From Escherichia coli (GTDB lineage Bacteria > Pseudomonadota > Gammaproteobacteria > Enterobacterales > Enterobacteriaceae), in NCBI RefSeq assembly GCF_003334255.1, contig NZ_QOWU01000002.1: 64,000 nucleotides of DNA, one strand, 5' to 3'. This document shows, in pieces, positions 21,909 to 33,439 of the stretch. How positions within the stretch are numbered: the stretch's first letter is position 1; each line of letters starts with the position of its first letter. The position numbers and the translations under genes are program-made. Below the pieces are notes generated by a model. The model did no database searches, had not been told where the DNA came from, and was given only the letters and a program-made list of their open reading frames with translations.

Positions 21909-23213
21909 TTAACGATCCCAGTAAGACTCTTCCAGGCTGTCTTCACGCTCCGGCAAGCCGCGCGTTAAACGAGGTGAATGCTGGTTCAGTACCTGATAGC
22001 TCACACGGTTAGCATATTTACACACCTGGGCTAACGATGAATAAGTTAACCAGGTGAATTTATGTTTGCTGGAGTTTGGTACGTTGCTACGGTGGTAGCT
22101 GTTGGCGGTAATGTCATGCAGCAACGCTGCCAGTGCGCCATCCCCCGCTCCGTTAGTGTTCATGATTTTTTCCGGCCCGCCCATGTACGGCGCAATGTGC
22201 GAATATACACGCAGCGGATTCTGGCAATCCTTGTGGCGCATGGCGCGGCTAAACTCATACTGGTTGAATTCCGCTATAGCGCCCGGCAGCAGCGGATGCT
22301 GGGTTTTACGTTTCGCTTCGTCTTCGGTAAAGCCCGCCATATACAAGCCGATTGGCCCGGCGGTGCACAGCACCAGATCTACCCAGTCCAGCGCCTTGTC
22401 AGATGCCAACAACGGATCGCTTTCTCCGGTCAACGCTTCGGCTTCATCTTCGTTCATCGCAAGGATAGAGACGTGGTCTTTGAGGAATTGCTGCCACCAC
22501 TGCGGATTCTCGGCAATGACAAACTTGGTGCCCAGCGTCAGCACCACCGGTACGTTATATTTCTTCGCGTACTCAATGGCTTTCATGGTTGCTTCCGGCA
22601 TGGGTTCACCCGGCTTGCAACGCACCAGATAAGAGGTGAGAACCAGAGCCGAGGCTCCGGCAATCACATCTTCCGGAATACTTTCAGCCCGCAGCTGGTT
22701 CATGTGGCCAGGGCTGATAGCAAAGGTACGTTCCCCGGACTCGCCAATCAGCGTAAAGCAACGACCAATCGGGCCATCCACGCCTTGTAGATAGTTAAGA
22801 TCGGTACGGCTGGAAGTGTTACACAGGTAACGATAGGCATAACTGCCAATTTCAATATTGCTGCACATGACGCCCAGCAGCACCGAACGGTCGTCCGCGA
22901 GCACCGAGTAGTTGTGCATGGTGTTACCAATGGTGCCACCCGCAAACTGATGGGTAATCAGGTTTTTCTGTTTTAGTTCCTGATAAAGCGCTTCGGCTAC
23001 GTCATCCTCAATCACCAGTGAATGCCCGGCGCTTAATCCATAACGCTCAATGAATTCATCATCCACTTTCGCTTCAATATCGACCAGCGTTTGATCGATA
23101 CCCACTACCCAGGCGGCGCTGGTTTCGTTTTCTGGCTGGAATTGCTGAAGCAGCGGATCGCGTGCATTTACAGGGAAGTAATGTTTGGATTTACGTTTAC
23201 CGGGAAATTTCAT
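21909..23213 (-). CDS. gsk: Inosine-guanosine kinase
   Basis: 434-aa ORF matching recalled Gsk. Confidence 0.94.
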   Translation of the reverse strand: MKFPGKRKSKHYFPVNARDPLLQQFQPENETSAAWVVGIDQTLVDIEAKVDDEFIERYGLSAGHSLVIEDDVAEALYQELKQKNLITHQFAGGTIGNTMHNYSVLADDRSVLLGVMCSNIEIGSYAYRYLCNTSSRTDLNYLQGVDGPIGRCFTLIGESGERTFAISPGHMNQLRAESIPEDVIAGASALVLTSYLVRCKPGEPMPEATMKAIEYAKKYNVPVVLTLGTKFVIAENPQWWQQFLKDHVSILAMNEDEAEALTGESDPLLASDKALDWVDLVLCTAGPIGLYMAGFTEDEAKRKTQHPLLPGAIAEFNQYEFSRAMRHKDCQNPLRVYSHIAPYMGGPEKIMNTNGAGDGALAALLHDITANSYHRSNVPNSSKHKFTWLTYSSLAQVCKYANRVSYQVLNQHSPRLTRGLPEREDSLEESYWDR

Positions 23214-23364
23214 GGTTGTTTTTACGGGTGGTTAACTGAGCGGCGAATGTTAACACAATCTGACGGGAGCGCGCGAGACGCAGCCAGTTTCAATATCAGC
23301 AGGCGGGATCGCATTTTCATGGCAGTGGTTCCTTACAATGACGTAATTTGAAAGGAGTTTTTGT

Positions 23365-24324
23365 ATGAAGCCGGAAAACAAATTACCCGTTCTGGACCTT
23401 ATTTCTGCTGAAATGAAGACCGTTGTGAATACTCTTCAGCCGGATTTACCGCCCTGGCCCGCAACGGGAACGATTGCTGAGCAACGACAGTATTACACGC
23501 TTGAGCGCCGATTCTGGAATGCGGGCGCTCCAGAAATGGCAACCAGAGCTTACATGGTTCCAACAAAATATGGGCAGGTGGAAACACGTCTCTTTTGTCC
23601 GCAGCCAGATAGCCCGGCGACGCTATTTTATTTGCATGGCGGCGGTTTTATTCTCGGCAATCTCGATACCCACGATCGCATCATGCGCCTGCTGGCAAGC
23701 TACAGCCAATGTACGGTGATTGGTATTGATTACACCCTTTCACCTGAAGCGCGTTTTCCGCAAGCGATAGAGGAAATTGTGGCTGCTTGTTGTTATTTCC
23801 ACCAGCAGGCGGAGGATTATCAAATCAATATGTCCCGCATTGGCTTTGCCGGTGATTCCGCAGGTGCCATGCTGGCGCTCGCCAGTGCGTTGTGGTTGCG
23901 TGATAAACAGATCGATTGCGGTAAAATTGCGGGTGTTTTGCTGTGGTATGGGCTTTACGGATTACGGGATTCCGTGACTCGTCGTCTGTTGGGCGGTGTC
24001 TGGGATGGCTTAACGCAACAGGATTTGCAGATGTACGAAGAGGCATATTTAAGCAACGACGCGGACCGCGAGTCGCCGTATTACTGTCTGTTTAATAATG
24101 ATCTCACTCGCGAAGTTCCGCCCTGTTTTATTGCCGGGGCGGAGTTCGATCCGCTGCTGGATGACAGCCGTCTGCTTTACCAGACGTTAGCGGCGCATCA
24201 GCAGCCCTGTGAGTTCAAACTCTACCCAGGCACGCTGCACGCCTTTTTGCATTATTCACGGATGATGAAAACCGCCGACGAGGCTCTTCGCGACGGCGCT
24301 CAGTTCTTTACCGCTCAGCTTTAG
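23365..24324 (+). CDS. aes: Acetyl esterase (alpha/beta hydrolase)
   Basis: 319-aa ORF with HGGGF and GDSAG motifs. Confidence 0.94.
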   Translation: MKPENKLPVLDLISAEMKTVVNTLQPDLPPWPATGTIAEQRQYYTLERRFWNAGAPEMATRAYMVPTKYGQVETRLFCPQPDSPATLFYLHGGGFILGNLDTHDRIMRLLASYSQCTVIGIDYTLSPEARFPQAIEEIVAACCYFHQQAEDYQINMSRIGFAGDSAGAMLALASALWLRDKQIDCGKIAGVLLWYGLYGLRDSVTRRLLGGVWDGLTQQDLQMYEEAYLSNDADRESPYYCLFNNDLTREVPPCFIAGAEFDPLLDDSRLLYQTLAAHQQPCEFKLYPGTLHAFLHYSRMMKTADEALRDGAQFFTAQL

Positions 24325-25283
24325 CGATACGCGGCAACAAGATTAGCCATCATTTCGATATGTTCCGGCGTGGCATTAAGCGCCGGAATATATTCATATT
24401 TTTTCCCGCCGGCACCGAGGAAGACCTCACGGTTTTGCTCGGCAATCTCTTCCAGCGTCTCCAGACAATCCGCAGCAAAGCCCGGGCACATCACCTGAAT
24501 ATGACCTACGCCTTTTTCTCCGAGCATTTTCAGCGTTTCGTCGGTATAAGGCATCAGCCAGGGTTCCCGACCAAAGCGCGACTGAAAGGTCATCATCACT
24601 TTTTCCGGTGCCATCCCCAATGCGGAAGCCAGTTCACGAGTCGTTGTGCGGCAACGTTGCGGGTAATCATCGCCTTCATCTGCATAACGCTGGGGAATGC
24701 CATGATAAGAGAGCAGTAGCAGATCCGGTTCGCCATGTTTGGCAAAAGAAGCGCGTACGCTGTTCGCCAGTGCATTAATGTAATCGTGGTTATCGGCGTA
24801 ATCACGTATAAACGATATCCCCGGAATGCTACGTTTGCGCGCCAGAATGCGTGCCAGTTCATCCCATACCGCACCGACCGTAGAACAGGAGAATTGCGGA
24901 TAAAGCGGCAGCACCACAATATGATCTACATGCTCTGCCAGGAGTTCATCTACGGCGCTTTCCAGTGATGGCGAGCCGTAGCTCATTCCCAGCGCTACGG
25001 GCATCTCCGGTAAACGTTGTGCCAGCGCCTGCTGTTGCTGGCGGCTGTAAACCATCAGCGGCGAGCCACCTTCCATCCAGACAGAGGCATACAGCTTCGC
25101 CACACGCGGCGAGCGCAGCGGCAAAATCACGCCGCGCAGCAATGGCCACCATAACAACCGTGAGGTATCAACCACGCGTCTGTCGCTTAAAAATTGTTTC
25201 AGATAGCGTTTTACCGCTTCAGGTGTGGGGGCATCGGGCGTACCCAGGTTTGCCAGCAGGATACCGGTTTTAGTCTGACGCAT
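24321..25283 (-). CDS. hemH: Ferrochelatase
   Basis: 320-aa ORF matching recalled HemH; stop codon overlaps aes stop. Confidence 0.94.
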   Translation of the reverse strand: MRQTKTGILLANLGTPDAPTPEAVKRYLKQFLSDRRVVDTSRLLWWPLLRGVILPLRSPRVAKLYASVWMEGGSPLMVYSRQQQQALAQRLPEMPVALGMSYGSPSLESAVDELLAEHVDHIVVLPLYPQFSCSTVGAVWDELARILARKRSIPGISFIRDYADNHDYINALANSVRASFAKHGEPDLLLLSYHGIPQRYADEGDDYPQRCRTTTRELASALGMAPEKVMMTFQSRFGREPWLMPYTDETLKMLGEKGVGHIQVMCPGFAADCLETLEEIAEQNREVFLGAGGKKYEYIPALNATPEHIEMMANLVAAYR

Positions 25284-25518
25284 TACCGCCTCTTATCGAT
25301 TCAACTTGTTGATAATTGTAGCGGAAAAGTGAGGAAGAAGAACTAATTGCTGTGAGAGGTCAAATCAGAAAAAGGAATAGCGCAGATTGAGGTTTTTGTA
25401 AAAGGCCGAATGAATATCCGGCCTGAGATTGCTGATAAGTTTGCTTGTGCGGGCCTGTTCCCCTCACCCTAACCCTCTCCCCGAGGGGGCGAGGGGACTG
25501 TCCGTGCGCGCTTTCGAA

Positions 25519-26235
<717 letters not shown>

Positions 26236-26343
26236 TCAAGAAAGGCACCTGGGGCTGAAACGGTTAATGGCGAGATAATTTGCGGAAAGTGCAGATGATG
26301 AAAAGAAAAATGCCGGATGACACGAAGGTCATCCGGCATTACA

Positions 26344-28218
26344 TCAGGAAACCAGCAGCTGGTTCATACGACGAATAAACAGGTTCGGATCTTCCAGCGT
26401 GCCGCGTTCTGCCAGCAGCGCCTGATCCAGCAGCAGTTCTACCCACTCGCTGAACTTCGCTTCATCTTCAGTATCTGCCGCACGTTTCACCAGTACGTGA
26501 TCCGGGTTCAGTTCGAAGATGTATTTCACTTCTGGCACTTTCTGGCCCGCCGCAGCGAACAGTTTCGCCATCTGAGTGCTCATTTCGTCCGCGTCGGTCG
26601 AAACGATCGCTGGCGTATCGGTCAGACGGTGAGTCAGACGGACATCTTTCACGCGCTCGCCGAGCAGGGCTTTCACACGGTCGATGAACGGAGTCAGTGC
26701 TTTCTCCGCTTCTTTCGCGCTCTCATCAACTTCGTCAGCCAGTTTTTCAAGCGACTCGTCAACTTTAGACACCGACTGGAACGGTTTACCGTCGAACTCA
26801 GTCAGATAGTTCATCATCCACTCATCGATGCGGTCGGAAAGCAGCAGAACTTCGATGCCTTTCTTACGCAGCAGTTCCAGGTGCGGGCTGCTCTTCGCTG
26901 CCGCATAGCTGTCTGCGGTGATGTAGTAGATTTTCTCCTGCCCTTCTTTCATGCGGGAAACGTAGTCTTCCAGAGATACGGTCTGCGCAGAAGAATCGGT
27001 ATGGGTAGAAGCAAAACGCAGCAGTTTGGCGATCGCTTCCTGGTTAGCGAAATCTTCCGCCGGACCTTCTTTCAGTACCAGGCCAAACTGTTGCCAGAAG
27101 GTCTGGTATTTTTCCGCGTCGTCTTTCGCCAGTTTTTCCAGCATTTGCAGCACACGCTTGGTCAGCGCATTGCGCAGGTTACGCGTTACCGTGCTGTCCT
27201 GGAGGATTTCACGGGAAACGTTCAGCGGCAGATCGCTGGAGTCAATCAGACCACGCACGAAGCGCAGATAGTTCGGCATGAACTGTTCTGCGTCGTCCAT
27301 GATGAACACACGCTGAACATACAGTTTCAGGCCGTGTTTATGATCGCGGTTCCACATATCCCACGGAGCCTGGGACGGGATGTACAGCAGGCTGGTGTAC
27401 TCCTGCTTACCTTCAACACGGTTGTGGCTCCAGGTCAGCGGATCATTAAAGTCGTGGGCGATGTGTTTGTAGAACTCTTTGTACTCTTCATCGGTGATTT
27501 CCGACTTGTTACGAGTCCACAGCGCCTGCGCTTTGTTGATTTTCTCCCAGGAGATAACGGTTTCGCCGTCTTTCTCTTCGCGTTTTTCGATCTCTACCGG
27601 CAGCGCGATATGGTCGGAGTATTTGCTGATGATGGAACGCACGCGCCAGTCATCGAGGAACTCGTCTTCGCCTTCACGCAGATGCAGGGTGATTTCAGTA
27701 CCACGATCTTCTTTGGTGATGTCGGCAACGGTGTATTCACCTTCGCCAGCCGATTCCCAGAAGACGCCATTTTCTGGTTTTTCGCCTGCCGCGCGAGTAC
27801 GCACGGTCACTTTGTCGGCCACGATAAACGCAGAGTAGAAACCAACACCAAACTGACCGATCAGCTGGCTGTCTTTCGCCTGGTCAGAACCCAGGGATTC
27901 GAGGAATGATTTGGTACCGGATTTAGCGATAGTCCCCAGATGGTCAATCACTTCGTCGCGGGTCATCCCCACGCCGTTATCGGAGATGGTCAGCGTACGC
28001 TTGTCTTTATCGAAAGAGACACGAACGCGTAGTTCGCCATCACCTTCGTACAGGTCCGGGTTAGAGAGCGCACGGAAACGCAGCTTGTCCGCCGCATCGG
28101 AGGCGTTAGAGATAAGCTCACGCAGGAAGATTTCTTTATTGGAATAGAGAGAATGGATCATCAGGTGCAGAAGCTGTTTCACTTCTGACTGAAAACCACG
28201 AGTTTCTTGTCCTTTCAT
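26344..28218 (-). CDS. htpG: Hsp90-family molecular chaperone
   Basis: 624-aa ORF matching recalled HtpG. Confidence 0.96.
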   Translation of the reverse strand: MKGQETRGFQSEVKQLLHLMIHSLYSNKEIFLRELISNASDAADKLRFRALSNPDLYEGDGELRVRVSFDKDKRTLTISDNGVGMTRDEVIDHLGTIAKSGTKSFLESLGSDQAKDSQLIGQFGVGFYSAFIVADKVTVRTRAAGEKPENGVFWESAGEGEYTVADITKEDRGTEITLHLREGEDEFLDDWRVRSIISKYSDHIALPVEIEKREEKDGETVISWEKINKAQALWTRNKSEITDEEYKEFYKHIAHDFNDPLTWSHNRVEGKQEYTSLLYIPSQAPWDMWNRDHKHGLKLYVQRVFIMDDAEQFMPNYLRFVRGLIDSSDLPLNVSREILQDSTVTRNLRNALTKRVLQMLEKLAKDDAEKYQTFWQQFGLVLKEGPAEDFANQEAIAKLLRFASTHTDSSAQTVSLEDYVSRMKEGQEKIYYITADSYAAAKSSPHLELLRKKGIEVLLLSDRIDEWMMNYLTEFDGKPFQSVSKVDESLEKLADEVDESAKEAEKALTPFIDRVKALLGERVKDVRLTHRLTDTPAIVSTDADEMSTQMAKLFAAAGQKVPEVKYIFELNPDHVLVKRAADTEDEAKFSEWVELLLDQALLAERGTLEDPNLFIRRMNQLLVS

Positions 28219-28269
28219 GTAGGTCTACCTCAATAATGCCATTTTAAGGTTAAAAACAGGATGTGGGAG

Positions 28270-28298
28270 AGATGGGGACAAGGGAGAATAATTTCAAG
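28270..28298 (-). promoter_or_regulatory. Sigma32 (heat-shock) promoter of htpG
   Basis: Minus strand reads CTTGAAA-N14-CCCCATCT about 50 nt upstream of the htpG start codon. Confidence 0.7.
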
Positions 28299-28327
28299 CG
28301 AGAGCAGGTGATCCTGCTCTCGTTTGC

Positions 28328-28932
28328 TTAAAAACGAATCTTATGACGCCCGGCAAGGGAGTGTGACAACGTGGTGCCGTCGACCATTTCCAGCTCGCCG
28401 CCAACCGGAACGCCATGAGCGATTCGGCTGGCTTCCACGTCATATTGCGCGCAAAGCTCGGCAATGTAGTTAGCGGTAGCTTCACCTTCAACCGTGGGGT
28501 TGGTGGCGAGGATCACTTCAGTGATTTTTTCCTCTGCCAGACGCTGTTCCAGACGATCAAGCCCGATATCATCCGGACCGATGCCGTCCAGCGGTGACAG
28601 ATGCCCCATCAACACAAAATAACGACCTGAAAACTGCCCCGTCTGCTCAATGGCGTAGATGTCCGCCGGACTCTCCACCACGCAGATTTGACCGTTTTCC
28701 TGACGACGCGGATTCGAACAGATGTTACAGACTTCCTGTTCGGTGAAAGTGCGGCAATCGGCGCAGTGGCCGATTTCCGACATCGCCCGGGTGAGCGCCT
28801 GCGCCAGACGCATCCCGCCGCTACGATCGCGCTGAAGCAGCGTGAACGCCATACGCTGCGCCGACTTCGGGCCAACGCCCGGCAGACAGCGCAGTGCTTC
28901 CATAAGCTGTGTTAACAGCGGGCTGGTTTGCA

Positions 28933-28933
<1 letters not shown>
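28328..28933 (-). CDS. recR: Recombination protein RecR
   Basis: 201-aa ORF with C4 zinc finger and Toprim region. Confidence 0.95.
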
Positions 28934-29277
<344 letters not shown>

Positions 29278-29314
29278 TCACGTTAAGGATGACGAACGTA
29301 AGCTGTGCTTACGA

Positions 29315-31246
29315 TCAAATGGGGCGGATACTTTCTTCATCCAGCTCCGCATCGAAGAACCGACGCAGGGTCTGAATATTATTATCCGCAATAATGGACT
29401 CGCGCGCCTGCGCAAGTTTTTCTTCGTATATCGCCTGACGCCACTCCAGCGGCGTACGCACCGCGGGATTATCATCTTCAACGATAGTCAGTTCAACCGT
29501 TGAACCTTTTAACATGCTCAACGCTTCAGCCAGTTTTTGCTGTGCACCGCGGTTGTTCAAATGCCGCTGAGAGGAGCGCAAATGCAGACATACTGCGTTG
29601 TCGCTCTCCTCTTTCCAGGCATTTAACGCCACCTGTTCGACCAGTTTTGGTAGCGAAAGTTGGCTCACCTGTGCCGCCCACGGGTCGCGCTCAATGGCTT
29701 CTGCCGCTAGCTTCGCCGCCAGTTCCGGCGTTTTTTCATGTTCCAGCGCTTTTTTCAGCGCCTTCGGCGTGGCGACCACTTCTTTTTGCTGCATCACCGG
29801 AGTGGTCGCCTTCCAGCGATACGCTTCTTTTTTGGCTGGCGCTTTTTCCAGCGCCGATGGCACCGGACGCGCCTGAACGCGATCGGTGACCGAAGCCAGT
29901 CTTTCCAGCGCAGCGTTATTCACCGGCCGCGCGCGGGTAGCGGCTGCCGGTTCACTCTTTTTTGCTTTGGTTGCTCCCTGCACGCGCTGCAACTGCTGGC
30001 GCGCCGCCAGCACCTGGCTGGTGGTTTCCGGGAGCGGTACAGTCGGTGCCTGCTGCGGCGCTGATTGCGGTTGCGGCGGCACCTGGGTTGGCGTCATTAC
30101 TGCCGTTGGCGCGACGGGTGCAAAGGACTGTCGTGGCACTTCTGGCTCAGGCAGCGGCATACGCGGATGGAATGCCAGCGCGCGCAGCAGCGTCATCTCA
30201 ACGCCCATGCGACGGTCCGGCGCATACGGTAATTCTTTGCGACCAATCAACAGCGTCTGATAGTAAAGCTGAATATCCGTCGGCGGTATGGTGCGCGCCA
30301 GTTCACGCATCCGCAGCTCGATGGCGGCCATGTCGTTGCCAAGTGCAGCAGGCGAAAGTTGTACCATCGCAATACGATGCAACAGGCCGAGCATTTCCAC
30401 CAGCAACGCTTCCCACTCGATACCACGGGCAGCGGCTTCATTAATCAGCGCCATTACGCGCTCGCCGTTGGCCTCGACCATCGCTTCAACCAGCGACAGC
30501 GCCTGATCGTCGTCAAGCGTACCCAGCATCGCACTGACCGCCTGGGTTGAAACCTGGCCGTCACCGCTGGCAATCGCCTGGTCGGTCAGACTTAAGGCAT
30601 CTCGCAGGCTGCCTTCAGCGGCGCGTGCCAGCAATTGCAGCGCCCGCGGCTCGTGAGCGATATGTTCTTCGTTGAGGATGTGCTCAAGCTGATGGCGAAT
30701 TTGCTCGACATCCAGCGCCTTGAGATGAAATTGCAGACAGCGTGACAAAATCGTCACCGGCAATTTCTGTGGATCGGTCGTCGCCAGCAGAAACTTAACG
30801 TGCTCCGGCGGCTCTTCAAGGGTTTTTAACAGTGCGTTAAAGCTGTGGCGCGACAGCATATGCACTTCGTCGATCAGATAAACTTTGAAACGACCACGCG
30901 CCGGAGCGTACTGGACGTTATCCAGCAGGTCGCGGGTATCTTCAACTTTGGTGCGCGAGGCGGCGTCGATTTCAATCAGATCGACAAAGCGCCCCTGCTC
31001 GATTTCACGACAGTTATCGCACACGCCGCACGGCGTCGCGGTAATGCCGGTTTCGCAGTTTAGCCCCTTCGCCAGCAGTCGGGCGATAGAGGTTTTTCCG
31101 ACGCCACGGGTGCCGGAAAAAAGATAAGCATGATGAATACGCCCTAACGACAAGCCGTTCGCCAGTGCGGTCAGCACATGTTCCTGGCCGACGACGTCAG
31201 CAAAGGTTTGTGGGCGCCATTTTCGGGCTAAGACCTGATAACTCAT
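29315..31246 (-). CDS. dnaX: DNA polymerase III tau subunit (gamma produced by frameshift)
   Basis: 643-aa ORF with Walker A GTRGVGKTS. Confidence 0.96.
   Translation of the reverse strand: MSYQVLARKWRPQTFADVVGQEHVLTALANGLSLGRIHHAYLFSGTRGVGKTSIARLLAKGLNCETGITATPCGVCDNCREIEQGRFVDLIEIDAASRTKVEDTRDLLDNVQYAPARGRFKVYLIDEVHMLSRHSFNALLKTLEEPPEHVKFLLATTDPQKLPVTILSRCLQFHLKALDVEQIRHQLEHILNEEHIAHEPRALQLLARAAEGSLRDALSLTDQAIASGDGQVSTQAVSAMLGTLDDDQALSLVEAMVEANGERVMALINEAAARGIEWEALLVEMLGLLHRIAMVQLSPAALGNDMAAIELRMRELARTIPPTDIQLYYQTLLIGRKELPYAPDRRMGVEMTLLRALAFHPRMPLPEPEVPRQSFAPVAPTAVMTPTQVPPQPQSAPQQAPTVPLPETTSQVLAARQQLQRVQGATKAKKSEPAAATRARPVNNAALERLASVTDRVQARPVPSALEKAPAKKEAYRWKATTPVMQQKEVVATPKALKKALEHEKTPELAAKLAAEAIERDPWAAQVSQLSLPKLVEQVALNAWKEESDNAVCLHLRSSQRHLNNRGAQQKLAEALSMLKGSTVELTIVEDDNPAVRTPLEWRQAIYEEKLAQARESIIADNNIQTLRRFFDAELDEESIRPI
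29957..29963 (-). other. dnaX: dnaX programmed -1 frameshift slippery site A AAA AAG
   Basis: Minus strand reads GCAAAAAAGAGTGAACCGGCAGCCG at the expected position (around codon 430). Confidence 0.8.
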
Positions 31247-31374
31247 TGGCAGGCTCTGAAACGCTGGAAGGTGGATTCACGAAGGGGTAATGCTAACACA
31301 GCCCCGTCAGAACGGCGAGGCTGAATGCACATCTTGTGCTGTCCGTAGCGTGGGCAGCACAAGACTGGCGATAA

Positions 31375-31926
31375 TTAATGGCCCGGGAACGGGACAAGGC
31401 TGTAGCTGGTAATGCCCTGTTTTTCGAGACGCTGTTCGCCGCCGAGATCGAACAGGTTGATAATGAACGCAGCGTCAGCCACTTCACCACCCAGACGACG
31501 GATCAGTTTAACGGTCGCTTCGATAGTGCCGCCGGTTGCCAGCAGGTCGTCCACCACCAGAACTTTGTCGCCCGGTTTGATGGCATCAACGTGGATCTCC
31601 AGCTGATCGGTGCCGTATTCCAGGTCGTAAGTTTCACTGATGGTTTCACGCGGCAGTTTGCCCGGTTTACGGACCGGTACAAAGCCAACGCCCAGACCCA
31701 GAGCTACCGGAGCGCCAAACAAGAAGCCACGCGCTTCGGTGCCGACAACTTTGGTAATGCCCGCATTTTTGTAACGCTCAACCAGCAAGTCGATGCTGAG
31801 AGCGTAAGCTTTCGGGTCTTCCAGTAAGCTGGTGACATCGCGGAAAAGAATGCCGGGTTTTGGGTAGTCCTGAATGCTTTTGATGCTATTTTTGAGATAC
31901 TCAAGCTGCTGTGCAGTCGCGGTCAT
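31375..31926 (-). CDS. apt: Adenine phosphoribosyltransferase
   Basis: 183-aa frame from [13 protein letters not shown] inside 201-aa track ORF. Confidence 0.94.
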
Positions 31927-32078
31927 AAGTGTATGCCTGCTTGTTACGGTGGTACTCACGGCGCGTTTTAAACGTATCAAAAGTAACAGTTGTTTAACCT
32001 TTGACCGCCTGCGCCTGTGCTCGAAAACGCCAGAATGTACTGGCTGTACGCAATAATTGCAACTGCGATTGTTGTGCT

Positions 32079-32456
32079 TCAGTGCTTTTCTTGCTTTTCA
32101 TCAATCACCGGAATTCGCCACATATAGAAAAGCAAACAGGCGAGAATTACCAGCAACATGATGCGCACCCATGGCATCTGGACGAACCACAGAGAAATGG
32201 CAAACGTGAGCAAAATAAGCAAAATCGCCCGCGGTTTGACGCCGCGCGGCATCGCATGATGTTTCTGCCAGAAACGTAGATAGCTGCCAAACCATGAGCG
32301 GTACAGCAACCAGGCGTGAAAGCGCGGGGAAGAACGGGCAAAGCACCAGGCCGCCAGCAGGATAAACGGCGTCGTCGGTAATACCGGTAATACCACGCCC
32401 AGCGTACCCAGCACTACCGCCAGCCAGCCAATGATGATTAAAATGATTCGTTGCAT
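32079..32456 (-). CDS. ybaN: Small inner-membrane protein (DUF454 family)
   Basis: 125-aa hydrophobic ORF matching recalled YbaN. Confidence 0.88.
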
Positions 32457-32525
32457 ATTGAGTGTTGTCAGCTTACAGAGTGGCTACTTTAGCATAACAA
32501 TTATCATTTTCATTGAGGTCTTATC

Positions 32526-33053
32526 GTGAAAACCGCCCTGCTGCTGGAAAAACTGGAAGGACAGCTCGCTACGCTGCGTCAGCGTTGTGCCCCGGTGTCA
32601 CAGTTCGCCACGCTAAGTGCTCGTTTCGACAGGCATCTTTTTCAGACTCGTGCGACAACACTACAGGCTTGTCTCGACGAGGCGGGCGATAATCTGGCTG
32701 CGCTTCGTCATGCAGTTGAGCAGCAACAGCTGCCGCAAGTGGCCTGGCTGGCGGAACATCTGGCGGCACAACTGGAAGCCATCGCGCGTGAAGCCTCCGC
32801 CTGGTCATTGCGCGAGTGGGACAGTGCACCACCGAAAATTGCCCGCTGGCAGCGTAAACGTATTCAGCATCAGGATTTTGAGCGGCGGCTACGTGAGATG
32901 GTTGCCGAACGCAGAGCCCGTCTGGCGCGGGTGACCGATCTCGTGGAACAGCAAACGCTGCATCGTGAAGTGGAAGCCTATGAAGCGCGCCTGGCACGCT
33001 GCCGCCATGCGCTGGAAAAAATCGAAAACAGGTTAGCGCGTTTAACCCGCTAG
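32526..33053 (+). CDS. priC: Primosomal replication protein N''
   Basis: 175-aa ORF matching recalled PriC. Confidence 0.92.
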
Positions 33054-33066
33054 CAATGGAGAGAAT

Positions 33067-33228
33067 ATGTCACTGGAAAATGCCCCTGACGATGTCAAAC
33101 TGGCTGTCGATTTGATTGTGCTGCTGGAGGAAAATCAGATCCCTGCCAGTACCGTGCTGCGCGCGCTGGATATTGTAAAGCGTGATTATGAAAAGAAATT
33201 AACGCGCGATGATGAGGCGGAAAAGTGA
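33067..33228 (+). CDS. ybaM: Small protein of unknown function
   Basis: 53-codon [56 protein letters not shown], below the track's length cutoff; matches recalled YbaM. Confidence 0.8.
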
Positions 33229-33280
33229 GAAATAAATGGGGTCGCTAAATGTCCCCTAAGGTTGCGGGCAAACGCAAAAC

Positions 33281-33380
33281 TGCCTGATGCGCTACGCTTA
33301 TCAGGCCTACACCGCTCCTGCAATATATTGAATTCTTGCGGTTTCGTAGGCCGGATAAGGCGGTCACGCCGCATCCGGCA
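33281..33380. repeat. REP palindromic element pair
   Basis: tgcctgatgcgctacgcttatcaggcctac ... gtaggccggataaggcggtcacgccgcatccggca between ybaM and mscK. Confidence 0.85.
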
Positions 33381-33439
33381 TGAACAACGCGCACTTTGTT
33401 AGCAATCTCGGGGCAACTAAATGTTGCCCCCTTTCGTTT

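Noticed and set aside
22062-22790. 242-aa plus-strand ORF
   Set aside because: Antisense to gsk with no start context; frame artefact.
26317-27909. 530-aa plus-strand ORF
   Set aside because: Entirely antisense to htpG; the Arg/Phe/Val-rich translation is typical of antisense frames of GC-rich genes.
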